Positions 45,671 through 54,885 of a stretch of DNA of 64,000 nt are shown here, piece after piece. Every line of letters starts with the position of its first letter. The first letter of the stretch is position 1. The position numbers and the translations under genes are program-made. The DNA is from a virus. The notes beneath the pieces are model-generated. The model searched no databases. It saw only the letters and a list, made by a program, of their open reading frames with translations, and was not told where the DNA came from. The stretch lies in the IMG/VR virus record IMGVR_UViG_3300045988_180980; one strand, 5' to 3'.

Positions 45671-46714
45671 ATGGCAACTTCTATAACCCTTACATCGGGG
45701 TCCGTGTTCTGCGGCAACCCCATCACATTCGACATCAAGCCCATGGTGCTGCCCTCCACCCCATCGTTCCACCGCATCATGCTGGAGGTCACGTGCGGCA
45801 CCTCGGACAGCAACATGGAGGTCATCAAGCGGCATGCACCCGTAGAGCAGGAGAGCGCCGATGCCGTGGTGCGCGTGGATGTGTCGCCGGCACTGCGCAT
45901 CTTCGCCTCTTCCTATGAATACACCTCCAGCCCGACGCAGTACCCCGTGGTACGCTTCAGCGTGAAGGCTTATGACGAATATATGACCGGCGGCGAGGTG
46001 CAGCGCGGCCCTGCAGTGGTGTTCCCGACCGAGGGGCAGTACATGCGTGCCATCTTCGGCGGGTTTTCCGACATGGAGCGCATACTGTCGGGCGGCAGTC
46101 TGGGCGTGACGCGGCTGTCACGCAAACCCACCACCTCGCCCCACCTGGCCTATGTGGGCGAAACGCTGGTCTATCCCCTGTCCTACGACAAGCAGCAGAC
46201 GTTGCCCGAAAGCGCATCGCTCACCGCCCCCGAGTCGAAGGAGACGGTGATAAGCCAGGAAGGCATGCAGGAGACAGGCGGGCAGCAGCTCTTTGCCCTG
46301 CCGCAGACCGCTGGTGCCCACCGCACGGTGTTCCGCTTCATCAACTCATTCGGAGTGCTCGAGAGCGTGAGCGTACCCAGGACATACAGTCAGAAGATGG
46401 CACTCACCACCACCTCCTACACCGTGGCGCGGCAGGAGACCTTCAACCGTTTCTCACGCGGCACAGTGACCAAGACGGGCGACCGCGAGACGTGGCTGTT
46501 CACCACCGACCCGCTCACCGAGGCATGGCTGTACTGGTATCTGCATGAGTTCATTAAGAGTGAACACACGTGGATGCTTGTGGGTAGCGCCTATGTGCCC
46601 TGCCGCATCACCATCGACGAGGAGATAACCTTCCGCGACGACACACAGCACAAGTTCTATTCAGTTTCATTCTCAGCCGAGCTCGACATAGACGGAAGCC
46701 CGTTTATGATGTGA
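45671..46714 (+). CDS. tail structural protein
   Basis: 347 aa in the tail operon. The function is positional. Confidence 0.45.
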   Translation: MATSITLTSGSVFCGNPITFDIKPMVLPSTPSFHRIMLEVTCGTSDSNMEVIKRHAPVEQESADAVVRVDVSPALRIFASSYEYTSSPTQYPVVRFSVKAYDEYMTGGEVQRGPAVVFPTEGQYMRAIFGGFSDMERILSGGSLGVTRLSRKPTTSPHLAYVGETLVYPLSYDKQQTLPESASLTAPESKETVISQEGMQETGGQQLFALPQTAGAHRTVFRFINSFGVLESVSVPRTYSQKMALTTTSYTVARQETFNRFSRGTVTKTGDRETWLFTTDPLTEAWLYWYLHEFIKSEHTWMLVGSAYVPCRITIDEEITFRDDTQHKFYSVSFSAELDIDGSPFMM

Positions 46715-46844
46715 GCTAATTTCTATATACCATGAGACACGCCGCCCCAAAGACCTTGCACCCAAGGCCTTTGGGGCTTTTTCTTTGTCCCTGCCGCCTG
46801 CCCGTCCTTCCGTATCTTTATCCACAGAAAACATAATTACAGCG

Positions 46845-47492
46845 ATGATAGAGAAGGAACATTTCATCTTCAATACGCTTGCCGAGGCATTGAAGTTCAA
46901 GGTGGGTGCCGACCCCAGAAACACCACCTACAGGCAAGGCTCCTTTGCCCAGGATGCCACTCTGCAGACAGGAGAGCCCGACATCTCCTACTACGCAGAG
47001 ATAATGATCCGCGAGACCAGTCAAATCTGGCGGTGCAACCAGTTTTGGCTCAACGACGTGGAGCGCAGCCCCGACAACGATCTGACCACGGAGCGTGCCG
47101 AGCGCATAGCGGCCGATGACCTCCTGCGCACCGCCACCGAACAACTGAAAGCAGACACCCTGACGCTCAAGCAGCAACTGCAGACCGAGACCGACACCCG
47201 CACCACTGCCGACGAGGAACTGTCACGCACGCTGGCCAACCAGCAGTCTGCCCTCACGGCACTGGGCTTGCAGGTGGAAGGGTTGGCTGGAGTGCTCATC
47301 ACCATGGACGAGTACCGCGCCACATCGCCCAAGAAGTTCCAGACCTATTATGTGGCGCGTGACGAGACCGACAAGGCCAAGCTGAAGTGCTGGCGCATAT
47401 ATCTGCGCACCCAGCTGATAGGCGAATTTGAGAGCAGCGGCAAACTCACCCTGCCCAAGTTCCCAATGAGATTTCCTTTCCGTTTTGCTTAA
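46845..47492 (+). CDS. tail-fibre-associated coiled-coil protein
   Basis: ATG at 46845 (MIEKEHFIF...). The central segment TERAERIAADDLLRTATEQLKADTLTLKQQLQTETDTR is a coiled coil. Confidence 0.45.
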   Translation: MIEKEHFIFNTLAEALKFKVGADPRNTTYRQGSFAQDATLQTGEPDISYYAEIMIRETSQIWRCNQFWLNDVERSPDNDLTTERAERIAADDLLRTATEQLKADTLTLKQQLQTETDTRTTADEELSRTLANQQSALTALGLQVEGLAGVLITMDEYRATSPKKFQTYYVARDETDKAKLKCWRIYLRTQLIGEFESSGKLTLPKFPMRFPFRFA

Positions 47493-47510
47493 CAACCATT
47501 ATCAGATAAT

Positions 47511-50500
47511 ATGGCAAAGAAATTTACAGACATCAACGACCTTCTGCGCAAGAAGGACAATGAGGAGGCACGCGAGGAAATAGAGTCCTCGGGTGTGCCG
47601 CAGAACGAGTGCCTGTCTGCCGACGAATTTGTGAAGCAGATAGTCACCCCCATCCAGGAGCTGCAGGCTGATGCCAAGAAGAGTGTCAAGTCCGTCAAGT
47701 TCAATAACATCACCTACGAGCCTGATGCAGACGGTGTGGTGTCGTTCAATCAGATGGTGGAGAGCGACAGTTATGCCATACGACTGGCATCCGACCTCAA
47801 GGGCGACCGTAACATCAAAGAGGGTGACACGCTGACAGCCAACGTGCGCTACATGGCACTGAAGATCACCCAACTGGGCGACCGCGTAAATTATCGTGAC
47901 GTGCCAGGCACACTGCGCATCGACATCAAGAAGGAGGGGACCGACACGTGGCAGAACCGCTACGTCCAGACCAACATCGTGTCACAGGACGAGAATTACG
48001 ATGCAGGGAGTGCGGCTTCCTACCCCGTGAGCGTAGAGATAGGCAAGTATCTGACAGAGGGCCGACAGGACGTGCGCATCAGAGTGACTTCCTACTATGA
48101 GGACGAGAACGGTGTGAAGCGTGAGTTCTTCGGCGACCTCATCTACTCCATCAATGCCGTAAACCTCACCGTGAAGAACCTCACCGACTGGTCGAAGCGC
48201 ATCCTGGCCTCTGACGGTGGATTCCCCTTCTCATTCTCCGTAATGGGAGCCGTTGACAAGAAGCTGCATGTCACCATGACGGGTGCCACGGGCACATGGA
48301 CGATGGAACCGAAGACATTCCTGGCCGACGAGCAGCGACCCGAAGCCAATCCCTACTCGTGGACACAGCAGGAGATTTCGGCTTACGGACTGTTGTCGCA
48401 CGGCGTGCATACCGTCACGGCATGGGTGACGTGCGATGACGGCATGGGCGGCGAATTGTCTTCGGAAGTGCAGGTCAACCGCTTCATGGTGGTAAATGCA
48501 GCCACCGCCTCTCCTGCACAACTGGTACAGCCCTACCTGATGCTCCAGGGCGTGCAGAGTGTGGTGGAGAACTATGTGCGCACGGTCATCTCCAACTTTG
48601 CCGTGTGGGTGCCGAAGAGTGCCGATGCCCCCACTCTGCCTGCCACCGACCCGCTGCCCGTGAGCATCCGTATCACGAATGCCGGTGACGGCGACCTGGA
48701 CTACACGGCTTCCTACTATGTGTCTGAGCAGAAAGTCGTGGTGGGCGAGCGCTACCCGATTGACACCACCATCGAGATTGAGAACTCATCCTCTGGCGAG
48801 AGCCCTGCCTCTTACCAGGCATACTTGCGCATATTTCGATACAACGGCGACGAGGTGGTGAACTTCCTGCGTGAGAGCCAGGGCAACCGCTTTGTGGTGT
48901 TCACCGTGGATAACAAGAACGACTATTCGCCCGTGGCAGGTGCCCACTTCTATCTTGACCCCAAGGTGCGCAACAACACCGAGACGCACTTCCAGACCAT
49001 CGTCAACAAGCAGACGCAGGAGGAAGTGCCTTCTGTGTGGAACGGCTTTTCGGGTACGGGCGATGCCTGGGTGCAGGATGACGATGGCGTGAAGGTGCTC
49101 CGTATTCCGAGCGGACGAACGATTGTCATCGGTTACGAACCGTTTGAAGCTTTCAAAACGAACCCGTCGGCGGCAATGTCGCTTGAGATGGAGTTTGCCG
49201 TGCGCAACATTACCGCCGAAGACGATCCTGTAATCAGTGTGTCGCAAACCATTGAGAGTACGCTGGAGAAACTGGGCATCATCATCAAGCCGCTCACGGG
49301 TGCGGTATGGGCGCAGGAAAAGCAGAACGAGGATGACCAGGACTTCGGCTTCGAGGAAGACAAGCGCGTGCATCTTGTGGTGACGCTCACTCCGGCTCTC
49401 GTGGCCAAGGGCAGCGACGAGTTCAAATGGCAGACACCCAACAAGACTCCTTCCAACCGACCCACCGTGAAGGTGTATGTCAACGGCAAGCCGCAGCGTG
49501 CCGTACAGTATAGTGTCGATACCAACGGCGTGTGGATTCAGGGCGAAGGACACGGCGGCATCCGTCTGGGACACCCGTCGTGCGACCTCGACATCTACAC
49601 CATCCGCTGCTATCGTGGCGTTACGCTGTCGGCACAGAACGTGCTTCAGAACTTCACAGCCACACGCCCCGATGCCGAAACAAAGAACGCCATCCGCCAG
49701 CGCAACGATATACTGGATGGCAATGGGCGCGTCTCTTATCGCAAGGTGAAGGCGAAAAACAAGCGATGCCTGACCCTTGTGGGCACGGACAACTACAAGA
49801 TGAACCAGGACAAGAAGGTGGGCTATGCCTGCTATTGGAACATCGACTACTACGACAACACCGGCAACTACGTGCCTGAACTGTCGGGCACCATAGGCAA
49901 GGCTGCTTATCTGGCTTATGTGGCTGGCACACTCGGCGGCAAGAAGTGTCTGATGAATACTGCTCAGGGAAGCACAGCCAACACGTATTGGTGGAACAAC
50001 GAGCAGACGAAGTGCGATAAAGTCACGTACCGCATCCGCGTCCCCTTCCTTACACTTCATCCCGAATTTGGATGGAAGCCCGAGAAGTCGGACTTCACCG
50101 AGACGGCAGTTGCCTCGTTCCCTCTCTATCTCAACGGCGAGCAGATACAGGGTGCCGACGTGGCTACGCTCTCTGAGACACAGAAGGAGAAGCTGGAGAT
50201 TGAGGTGGTAGATGGATGGATTGACGGCAACGGCATGTATCACGGACAGTTCTACACGCCTGTCGTCGGTGGTCCGAAAGCCACGAAACTCGTCAACAAG
50301 ATCAACTATGCCTCGCCGATGCAGTCGCACAAGATGGGTGCCACGCGCCTCTACAACGACGTGATGAAGGCCGTGTGCAAGGATGAACTGCCCGACTGGT
50401 TTGCGGCGAACCCCGAGGCACGTTTTGCCGTGTACGAGGACTGTTATTACTTCTTCAATCAGCCCGAAGGCGAGAAGGAGCCGGTGTTTGTCGGCTTCGG

Positions 50501-53500
50501 CACATTCGGCTCGGGCAAGTGCGACAAGGCTACGTGGGGATATGACAAGAGCAAGATGTTTGCCTTCGAGGGCCTGAACAACAACCTTCCGCTGTGCGAC
50601 TTCCGCGTACCTGCCGACGAGGATGTGACGTATAGCGTGGATGATGAGTCGTGGGTGTATAACGGCATCAAGTCGTTTGAGTACTCGTTGGGCAAGACGA
50701 ATGCTGACGAAACACCTGTGGCAAAGAACGATGCCCTGTTCCGCCGCTACTGCAACTTCATATATGCCCATGACGTGCGTATGCAGTACTTCCGTGGCGA
50801 CCGTGCCGCGTTTGACGCGCATTATGCCAACGTATATGACCGTGCCACGGCTGTGGGTGCCACGGATGCCGACACGCAATTGCTGGACGAGATGCAGACC
50901 ACGAAATACTGGCTGCGCGACGGTGACGAAGCGTTCCACCTGCTGCGCTTCAACTATGCAACAGGCAAGTTTGTAGATGCGGGCATCTGGACGGATGCCG
51001 ACGGATATAAGCCGGGTGTGCGCAACCTCTCCACGGATGTCATCACGAAAGCCACCTACGAGGAGTGGAAGCAGAGCGAGGATGTGGGCGACTATGCCAA
51101 GCTGAACACCCGTTTCCAAATGGCCATCGCATCGTCGTTCAACGAGCACTGCCGCAAGTATCTCAACAAGAAAAACCACCAGGTACACTACACCCTGGTG
51201 AACTACCTCTATGCCGGTACTGACAACTGCTCTAAGAACACCTATTACACTATAGACATCACCACATCCCAGTGCTGGCTCTATCAGGACGATCTCGACA
51301 CCATATTCAAAACCGACAACAACGGACGACAGACGAAGGTGTATTTCCTCTCGCGCTATTTCGACGTGCAGGACACCGAGGCAGGCCTGAAGAAGCAGAA
51401 GGACTATGAGGGCACGGCTTCGGCATTGTTCAATGTCATGGAGGCGGCATGGGAGACGCTCGACCCAACCGCACTGCCTGCCAATATGCGTGAGGTGCTC
51501 ACGGCGATGTGTACGCTCGTGGGGGCCAACGAGGAGCTTGACGGCCTGACCACCACACAGCGCCAGACACCTTACGGCTGTCTGCATAAGTACTTCTTCG
51601 CTACGCAGAAGTATTTTGCAGAAGTGGCGTGGGCGGAACAGCAGCGCATCCGATACGACTGGCCCGCATCGTGGGGCTACGAGAGTTACGGCAACCAGGC
51701 ACGTGGTGTGCTGGCCGTGACGCAGGGCATAGGCGACCAGCTCGAGAGTGAGGTGCAATACATGACCCGCCGCCTGGCTCTCGTATGTTCGTATGCGGCA
51801 TGGGGCGACTTCTCCAGTGGCGTAAATACAGGCTCGACAGGTCTGGTGGATGCCAGCGCTGGTTTGCAGTTCACGCCTGGCTCGGGGCGCACAGGAGGTG
51901 AATATACGTTCGACCTCGTACCGCATCAGTTCCTCTACCCCTGCGGTGTGCGCGACCGTGCGCTCATCAACCCTCATATCCGCATGATACCGGGGCGGAA
52001 CTACACATTTACCGTCAACCCGGCATCTACGCCTATCCCAGGCGACTCGTCAGTAGGATTGGCCGCTACCAACTACTACCGCTCCATCGGCAACGTGGGC
52101 AATATGGTGGTGGGCAACAACAACTTCACCATCCAAGGTCGCCGCCTGACGGAGTTCATTGCCGAGCCGAAGGCGGGTAGCAGTGCCTTTGCCCCGAAGC
52201 AGATAGATGTGGATGCAGCCAACCTGCAGAGGTTGTCGCTCAATGGCGTAAGCACCTCCAGCGGCACATTCAACCTCTCCAAGGCTTCGCGTCTGCAGAC
52301 ACTCGACCTGCGCGGCACGCGGTACGGACAGGTGCGTATGCCGTCTTCGCCCCAACTCACCGAGGCGCGTTTTGGTGCCGAACTGTCGCAACTGGAGGTG
52401 CGCGACATGCAGCAGTTGCAAACGCTCACGCTGGACGGATATTCCCGCCTGACTTCGCTCACCGTGCTCAACTGCGGGTTTGACACCCTCGCCCTGGTGC
52501 GCGGATGCAGCGAGGCGGCTGCCAAACTGAGCACGTTGCGCATCAACGGAATTGAATGGACGGATGTTGCCCCTGCCATACTATCGTATATGGTGGGCAT
52601 CTCCTACTGCGAGATAGCGGGGCGCATAGCAGTCACGAGCGGACAGAACGTGGATGCCGAACTGAAGCTGGCACTGCTGCGCAAGTTCGGCAACATCGAC
52701 TCTGCCGACAACACCATATATATCATTTATTCGCTCCGTAACGTGACAGGGCTGCAGATCACCACACAGCGTTTTGTCATTGCCGAGGCGGGCGACTATC
52801 CCTACCAGTGCAGCGTGCTGCCGTCGATGGCAAACAACTTCTCCGACATCAGGTGGGAGGTGTCGGCCAACGACTTCAATGTGACTGTGGATGCCGAGAC
52901 GGGTGTGCTGCATGCGCCTATGGTGGGCGAGGAGAGCAACAATCCCACGGCCACGCTCACGGTGACGGCATATCTGACAGGCGGTGGCACAGTGTCGGCC
53001 AGCGTGGTGCTGAAGCTGTTCAACCGCATCCCCAAGCTGGGGGACTTTGCTTACTACAACGGTGAGTTCGACTCGGTGCTTTACCCGGGCAAGACGGTCA
53101 TCGGGTGGGTGTATAAGGTCACGCCGTATGCCGACCTTCCCTCCGACCTGCTCAACGAGTACCTGCAGGACGAGGAGACGGCTGCGCAATACAATGCTGG
53201 CAAGACACTGTACGAAGTGCTCGTTGAGGGTACTGATGATGTGACGCTGCGCACCACCAACGGCGCCAGTTCGTTCAACGTGATGGCATGGGGCATCTAT
53301 CCCGAGGATGCCGGCACGCAGGGCTTCACGCCCGAAGAGCGGGCACCCATTGCCGAGGCGCTGCAGACGACCGATGACAACCTGCTGGACATACCTGACG
53401 TGCGCAACTGTACATCAAGCGGACTGACCGATACCGAAGGTCAACCTACCCGTTACATCCGTGATAACAACGCCTATGACGACAGCACAGCCGACGGCTT

Positions 53501-54212
53501 CCCCAAGTTCGACGGTAATGTTGCTCCTAACAGGTGGGACGGCAGGAGGTGTACGCGGGCCATCGTGGAGCATGCCAACAAGGTGCTGGAGAAGTACGTG
53601 GCCGACGGTGTGATGACCGACAGCGAGGGGCACAACATCTTCGACTACCTGCCTGCCGGACGCGGACATATCATCCCTGAGAACAACGAGGAACTGGCCG
53701 ACCTGCTGGTGGCGCTGGGCAATCTGGGCGGCGGCGACCGCTGGATGCAGTTGGCCTATCCCGCTGCACGTGCCTGTGTGCTGTACGAACCCACCTCGGG
53801 CGGTAAGGCCATCGCGGGCCTTGCATCGGCGTTTGCCAAGGGCAGGTGGTATCTGCACGCTCCTGGCGATGAGTTCCGTCTGTACGTCTTCTTCCGCAAC
53901 AGCCGCGCCCTCTCGCCTGCCGACACAGGTACGCCCACCTCGGAGTTCTCCGACGAAGACAACCCTCTGCGCCCCACCGAGCCCACCGATGCCCGCCGCC
54001 CCTTCTATGCCAATCTGCAAAAAAGGTCCAAGGAGGCAAAATTAAACTGCCCGATAAGCGTACCCGCGCAGCCCGATCGCTGGTCATCCGTTGAGCAAGT
54101 ACGCCTTGCCTCCTGGTATGTCAGTTTCGGCAACGGCAACATCGGCCTCGCCGGCGGCAAGTCTTACAGGTTCCGGGTGCGCCCTGTCGTCGCTTTTAAC
54201 TTCGCCCTTTAG
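47511..54212 (+). CDS. giant tail fibre / receptor-binding protein; DGR target with C-terminal variable region
   Basis: 2233 aa. There are LRR-like repeats at about 52221..52560 and a Big_2-like Ig segment at about 52750..53020. The C-terminus is DUF1566/C-type-lectin-like (WYLHAPGDEFRLYVF ... RWSSVE...RFRVRPVVAF). Its last ~130 nt are repeated as the TR. Confidence 0.85.
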   Translation: MAKKFTDINDLLRKKDNEEAREEIESSGVPQNECLSADEFVKQIVTPIQELQADAKKSVKSVKFNNITYEPDADGVVSFNQMVESDSYAIRLASDLKGDRNIKEGDTLTANVRYMALKITQLGDRVNYRDVPGTLRIDIKKEGTDTWQNRYVQTNIVSQDENYDAGSAASYPVSVEIGKYLTEGRQDVRIRVTSYYEDENGVKREFFGDLIYSINAVNLTVKNLTDWSKRILASDGGFPFSFSVMGAVDKKLHVTMTGATGTWTMEPKTFLADEQRPEANPYSWTQQEISAYGLLSHGVHTVTAWVTCDDGMGGELSSEVQVNRFMVVNAATASPAQLVQPYLMLQGVQSVVENYVRTVISNFAVWVPKSADAPTLPATDPLPVSIRITNAGDGDLDYTASYYVSEQKVVVGERYPIDTTIEIENSSSGESPASYQAYLRIFRYNGDEVVNFLRESQGNRFVVFTVDNKNDYSPVAGAHFYLDPKVRNNTETHFQTIVNKQTQEEVPSVWNGFSGTGDAWVQDDDGVKVLRIPSGRTIVIGYEPFEAFKTNPSAAMSLEMEFAVRNITAEDDPVISVSQTIESTLEKLGIIIKPLTGAVWAQEKQNEDDQDFGFEEDKRVHLVVTLTPALVAKGSDEFKWQTPNKTPSNRPTVKVYVNGKPQRAVQYSVDTNGVWIQGEGHGGIRLGHPSCDLDIYTIRCYRGVTLSAQNVLQNFTATRPDAETKNAIRQRNDILDGNGRVSYRKVKAKNKRCLTLVGTDNYKMNQDKKVGYACYWNIDYYDNTGNYVPELSGTIGKAAYLAYVAGTLGGKKCLMNTAQGSTANTYWWNNEQTKCDKVTYRIRVPFLTLHPEFGWKPEKSDFTETAVASFPLYLNGEQIQGADVATLSETQKEKLEIEVVDGWIDGNGMYHGQFYTPVVGGPKATKLVNKINYASPMQSHKMGATRLYNDVMKAVCKDELPDWFAANPEARFAVYEDCYYFFNQPEGEKEPVFVGFGTFGSGKCDKATWGYDKSKMFAFEGLNNNLPLCDFRVPADEDVTYSVDDESWVYNGIKSFEYSLGKTNADETPVAKNDALFRRYCNFIYAHDVRMQYFRGDRAAFDAHYANVYDRATAVGATDADTQLLDEMQTTKYWLRDGDEAFHLLRFNYATGKFVDAGIWTDADGYKPGVRNLSTDVITKATYEEWKQSEDVGDYAKLNTRFQMAIASSFNEHCRKYLNKKNHQVHYTLVNYLYAGTDNCSKNTYYTIDITTSQCWLYQDDLDTIFKTDNNGRQTKVYFLSRYFDVQDTEAGLKKQKDYEGTASALFNVMEAAWETLDPTALPANMREVLTAMCTLVGANEELDGLTTTQRQTPYGCLHKYFFATQKYFAEVAWAEQQRIRYDWPASWGYESYGNQARGVLAVTQGIGDQLESEVQYMTRRLALVCSYAAWGDFSSGVNTGSTGLVDASAGLQFTPGSGRTGGEYTFDLVPHQFLYPCGVRDRALINPHIRMIPGRNYTFTVNPASTPIPGDSSVGLAATNYYRSIGNVGNMVVGNNNFTIQGRRLTEFIAEPKAGSSAFAPKQIDVDAANLQRLSLNGVSTSSGTFNLSKASRLQTLDLRGTRYGQVRMPSSPQLTEARFGAELSQLEVRDMQQLQTLTLDGYSRLTSLTVLNCGFDTLALVRGCSEAAAKLSTLRINGIEWTDVAPAILSYMVGISYCEIAGRIAVTSGQNVDAELKLALLRKFGNIDSADNTIYIIYSLRNVTGLQITTQRFVIAEAGDYPYQCSVLPSMANNFSDIRWEVSANDFNVTVDAETGVLHAPMVGEESNNPTATLTVTAYLTGGGTVSASVVLKLFNRIPKLGDFAYYNGEFDSVLYPGKTVIGWVYKVTPYADLPSDLLNEYLQDEETAAQYNAGKTLYEVLVEGTDDVTLRTTNGASSFNVMAWGIYPEDAGTQGFTPEERAPIAEALQTTDDNLLDIPDVRNCTSSGLTDTEGQPTRYIRDNNAYDDSTADGFPKFDGNVAPNRWDGRRCTRAIVEHANKVLEKYVADGVMTDSEGHNIFDYLPAGRGHIIPENNEELADLLVALGNLGGGDRWMQLAYPAARACVLYEPTSGGKAIAGLASAFAKGRWYLHAPGDEFRLYVFFRNSRALSPADTGTPTSEFSDEDNPLRPTEPTDARRPFYANLQKRSKEAKLNCPISVPAQPDRWSSVEQVRLASWYVSFGNGNIGLAGGKSYRFRVRPVVAFNFAL
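54065..54195 (+). repeat. DGR variable repeat (VR)
   Basis: 131 nt homologous to 55002..55129. The flanks are identical (20 nt ATCGCTGGTCATCCGTTGAG and 29 nt CAGGTTCCGGGTGCGCCCTGTCGTCGCTT). In the diverged centre most TR adenines are replaced. Confidence 0.8.
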
Positions 54213-54223
54213 CCTTAAACACT

Positions 54224-54246
54224 CGGTGCGCCTTAATAGCGCACCG
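54224..54246 (+). promoter_or_regulatory. hairpin downstream of VR (candidate DGR target-recognition element)
   Basis: CGGTGCGC-cttaata-GCGCACCG, an 8-bp perfect stem beginning 29 nt after the end of VR homology. Confidence 0.5.
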
Positions 54247-54284
54247 CATGCGCGAGAGGACAAGTTGCACAAGATTAGGTAATT

Positions 54285-54320
54285 ACACTCTCCGCGCAAT
54301 AGCGTGGAGAGTGTTTTCTC
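54285..54320 (+). terminator. intrinsic terminator after the DGR target gene
   Basis: ACACTCTCC...GGAGAGTGT stem followed by TTTTC. Confidence 0.6.
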
Positions 54321-54363
54321 AAAACTTTCTTTCCCAACGCTTGCATGTGTTAGAAAAAAGTCG

Positions 54364-54371
54364 TACTTTTG
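54364..54371 (+). promoter_or_regulatory. Bacteroidota-type -7 box TACTTTTG (avd-TR-RT promoter)
   Basis: Matches TAnnTTTG, 31 nt upstream of the avd ATG. Confidence 0.4.
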
Positions 54372-54401
54372 CGTTGTTCTTAGACGTTAAGGACTAATAC
54401 C

Positions 54402-54860
54402 ATGGAGAACAAACAAGATATAAATAATACAGACAAAACAGAAACTGTTCACATAACGGAGGAGCAGAAAAGGAGAAGCGGCAAACTCAAGAAAGAGGTT
54501 GTCAAAACCATCCGACAGCAAGCCGTTTACCGTGATGCGCAGAACCTGTTTTTTGTCCTGGCACAGACACGCAAGACTTGCCCTGTCAACTTCCGTGCTG
54601 TGCTGGAGACCCTGTATCTGGGGTGCAATGCCGTACTGGTGGCGCTGTCGCTCGCCTATTCCGAGCCGGCGGCGAGGGTCGATCAACTGACCATCGCCAG
54701 TGCGCACCTCGATGCAGTGCGTACATCAATGGGTATTCTGCGCTCCATGGGCTGCATGAGCCGGGATGATTACAAGAAAGCCAAGTCGCTGGCAGAATCC
54801 TGCACCAAGCAGGTACTTGCCTGGCGGGCGTCTTCAAGGGGTCTGTGTCCCGCGATGTAG
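54402..54860 (+). CDS. avd: Avd-like accessory variability determinant (four-helix-bundle protein)
   Basis: 152 aa, basic and helical (…AQNLFFVLAQTRK…LYLGCNAVLVALSLAY…AHLDAVRTSMGILRSMG…). It sits between the target gene and the TR-RT, the canonical DGR position. Confidence 0.7.
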   Translation: MENKQDINNTDKTETVHITEEQKRRSGKLKKEVVKTIRQQAVYRDAQNLFFVLAQTRKTCPVNFRAVLETLYLGCNAVLVALSLAYSEPAARVDQLTIASAHLDAVRTSMGILRSMGCMSRDDYKKAKSLAESCTKQVLAWRASSRGLCPAM

Positions 54861-54885
54861 TAATGTTCAATCACGAGAGTGAATT

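Noticed and set aside
48786-51977. 1063-aa minus-strand ORF, the second-longest ORF in the window
   Set aside because: It lies entirely antisense to the DGR target gene. Its translation is Arg/His/Val/Leu-rich with no motifs, which is typical of an open antisense frame in GC-rich coding DNA. The + strand protein has recognisable domains and operon context.
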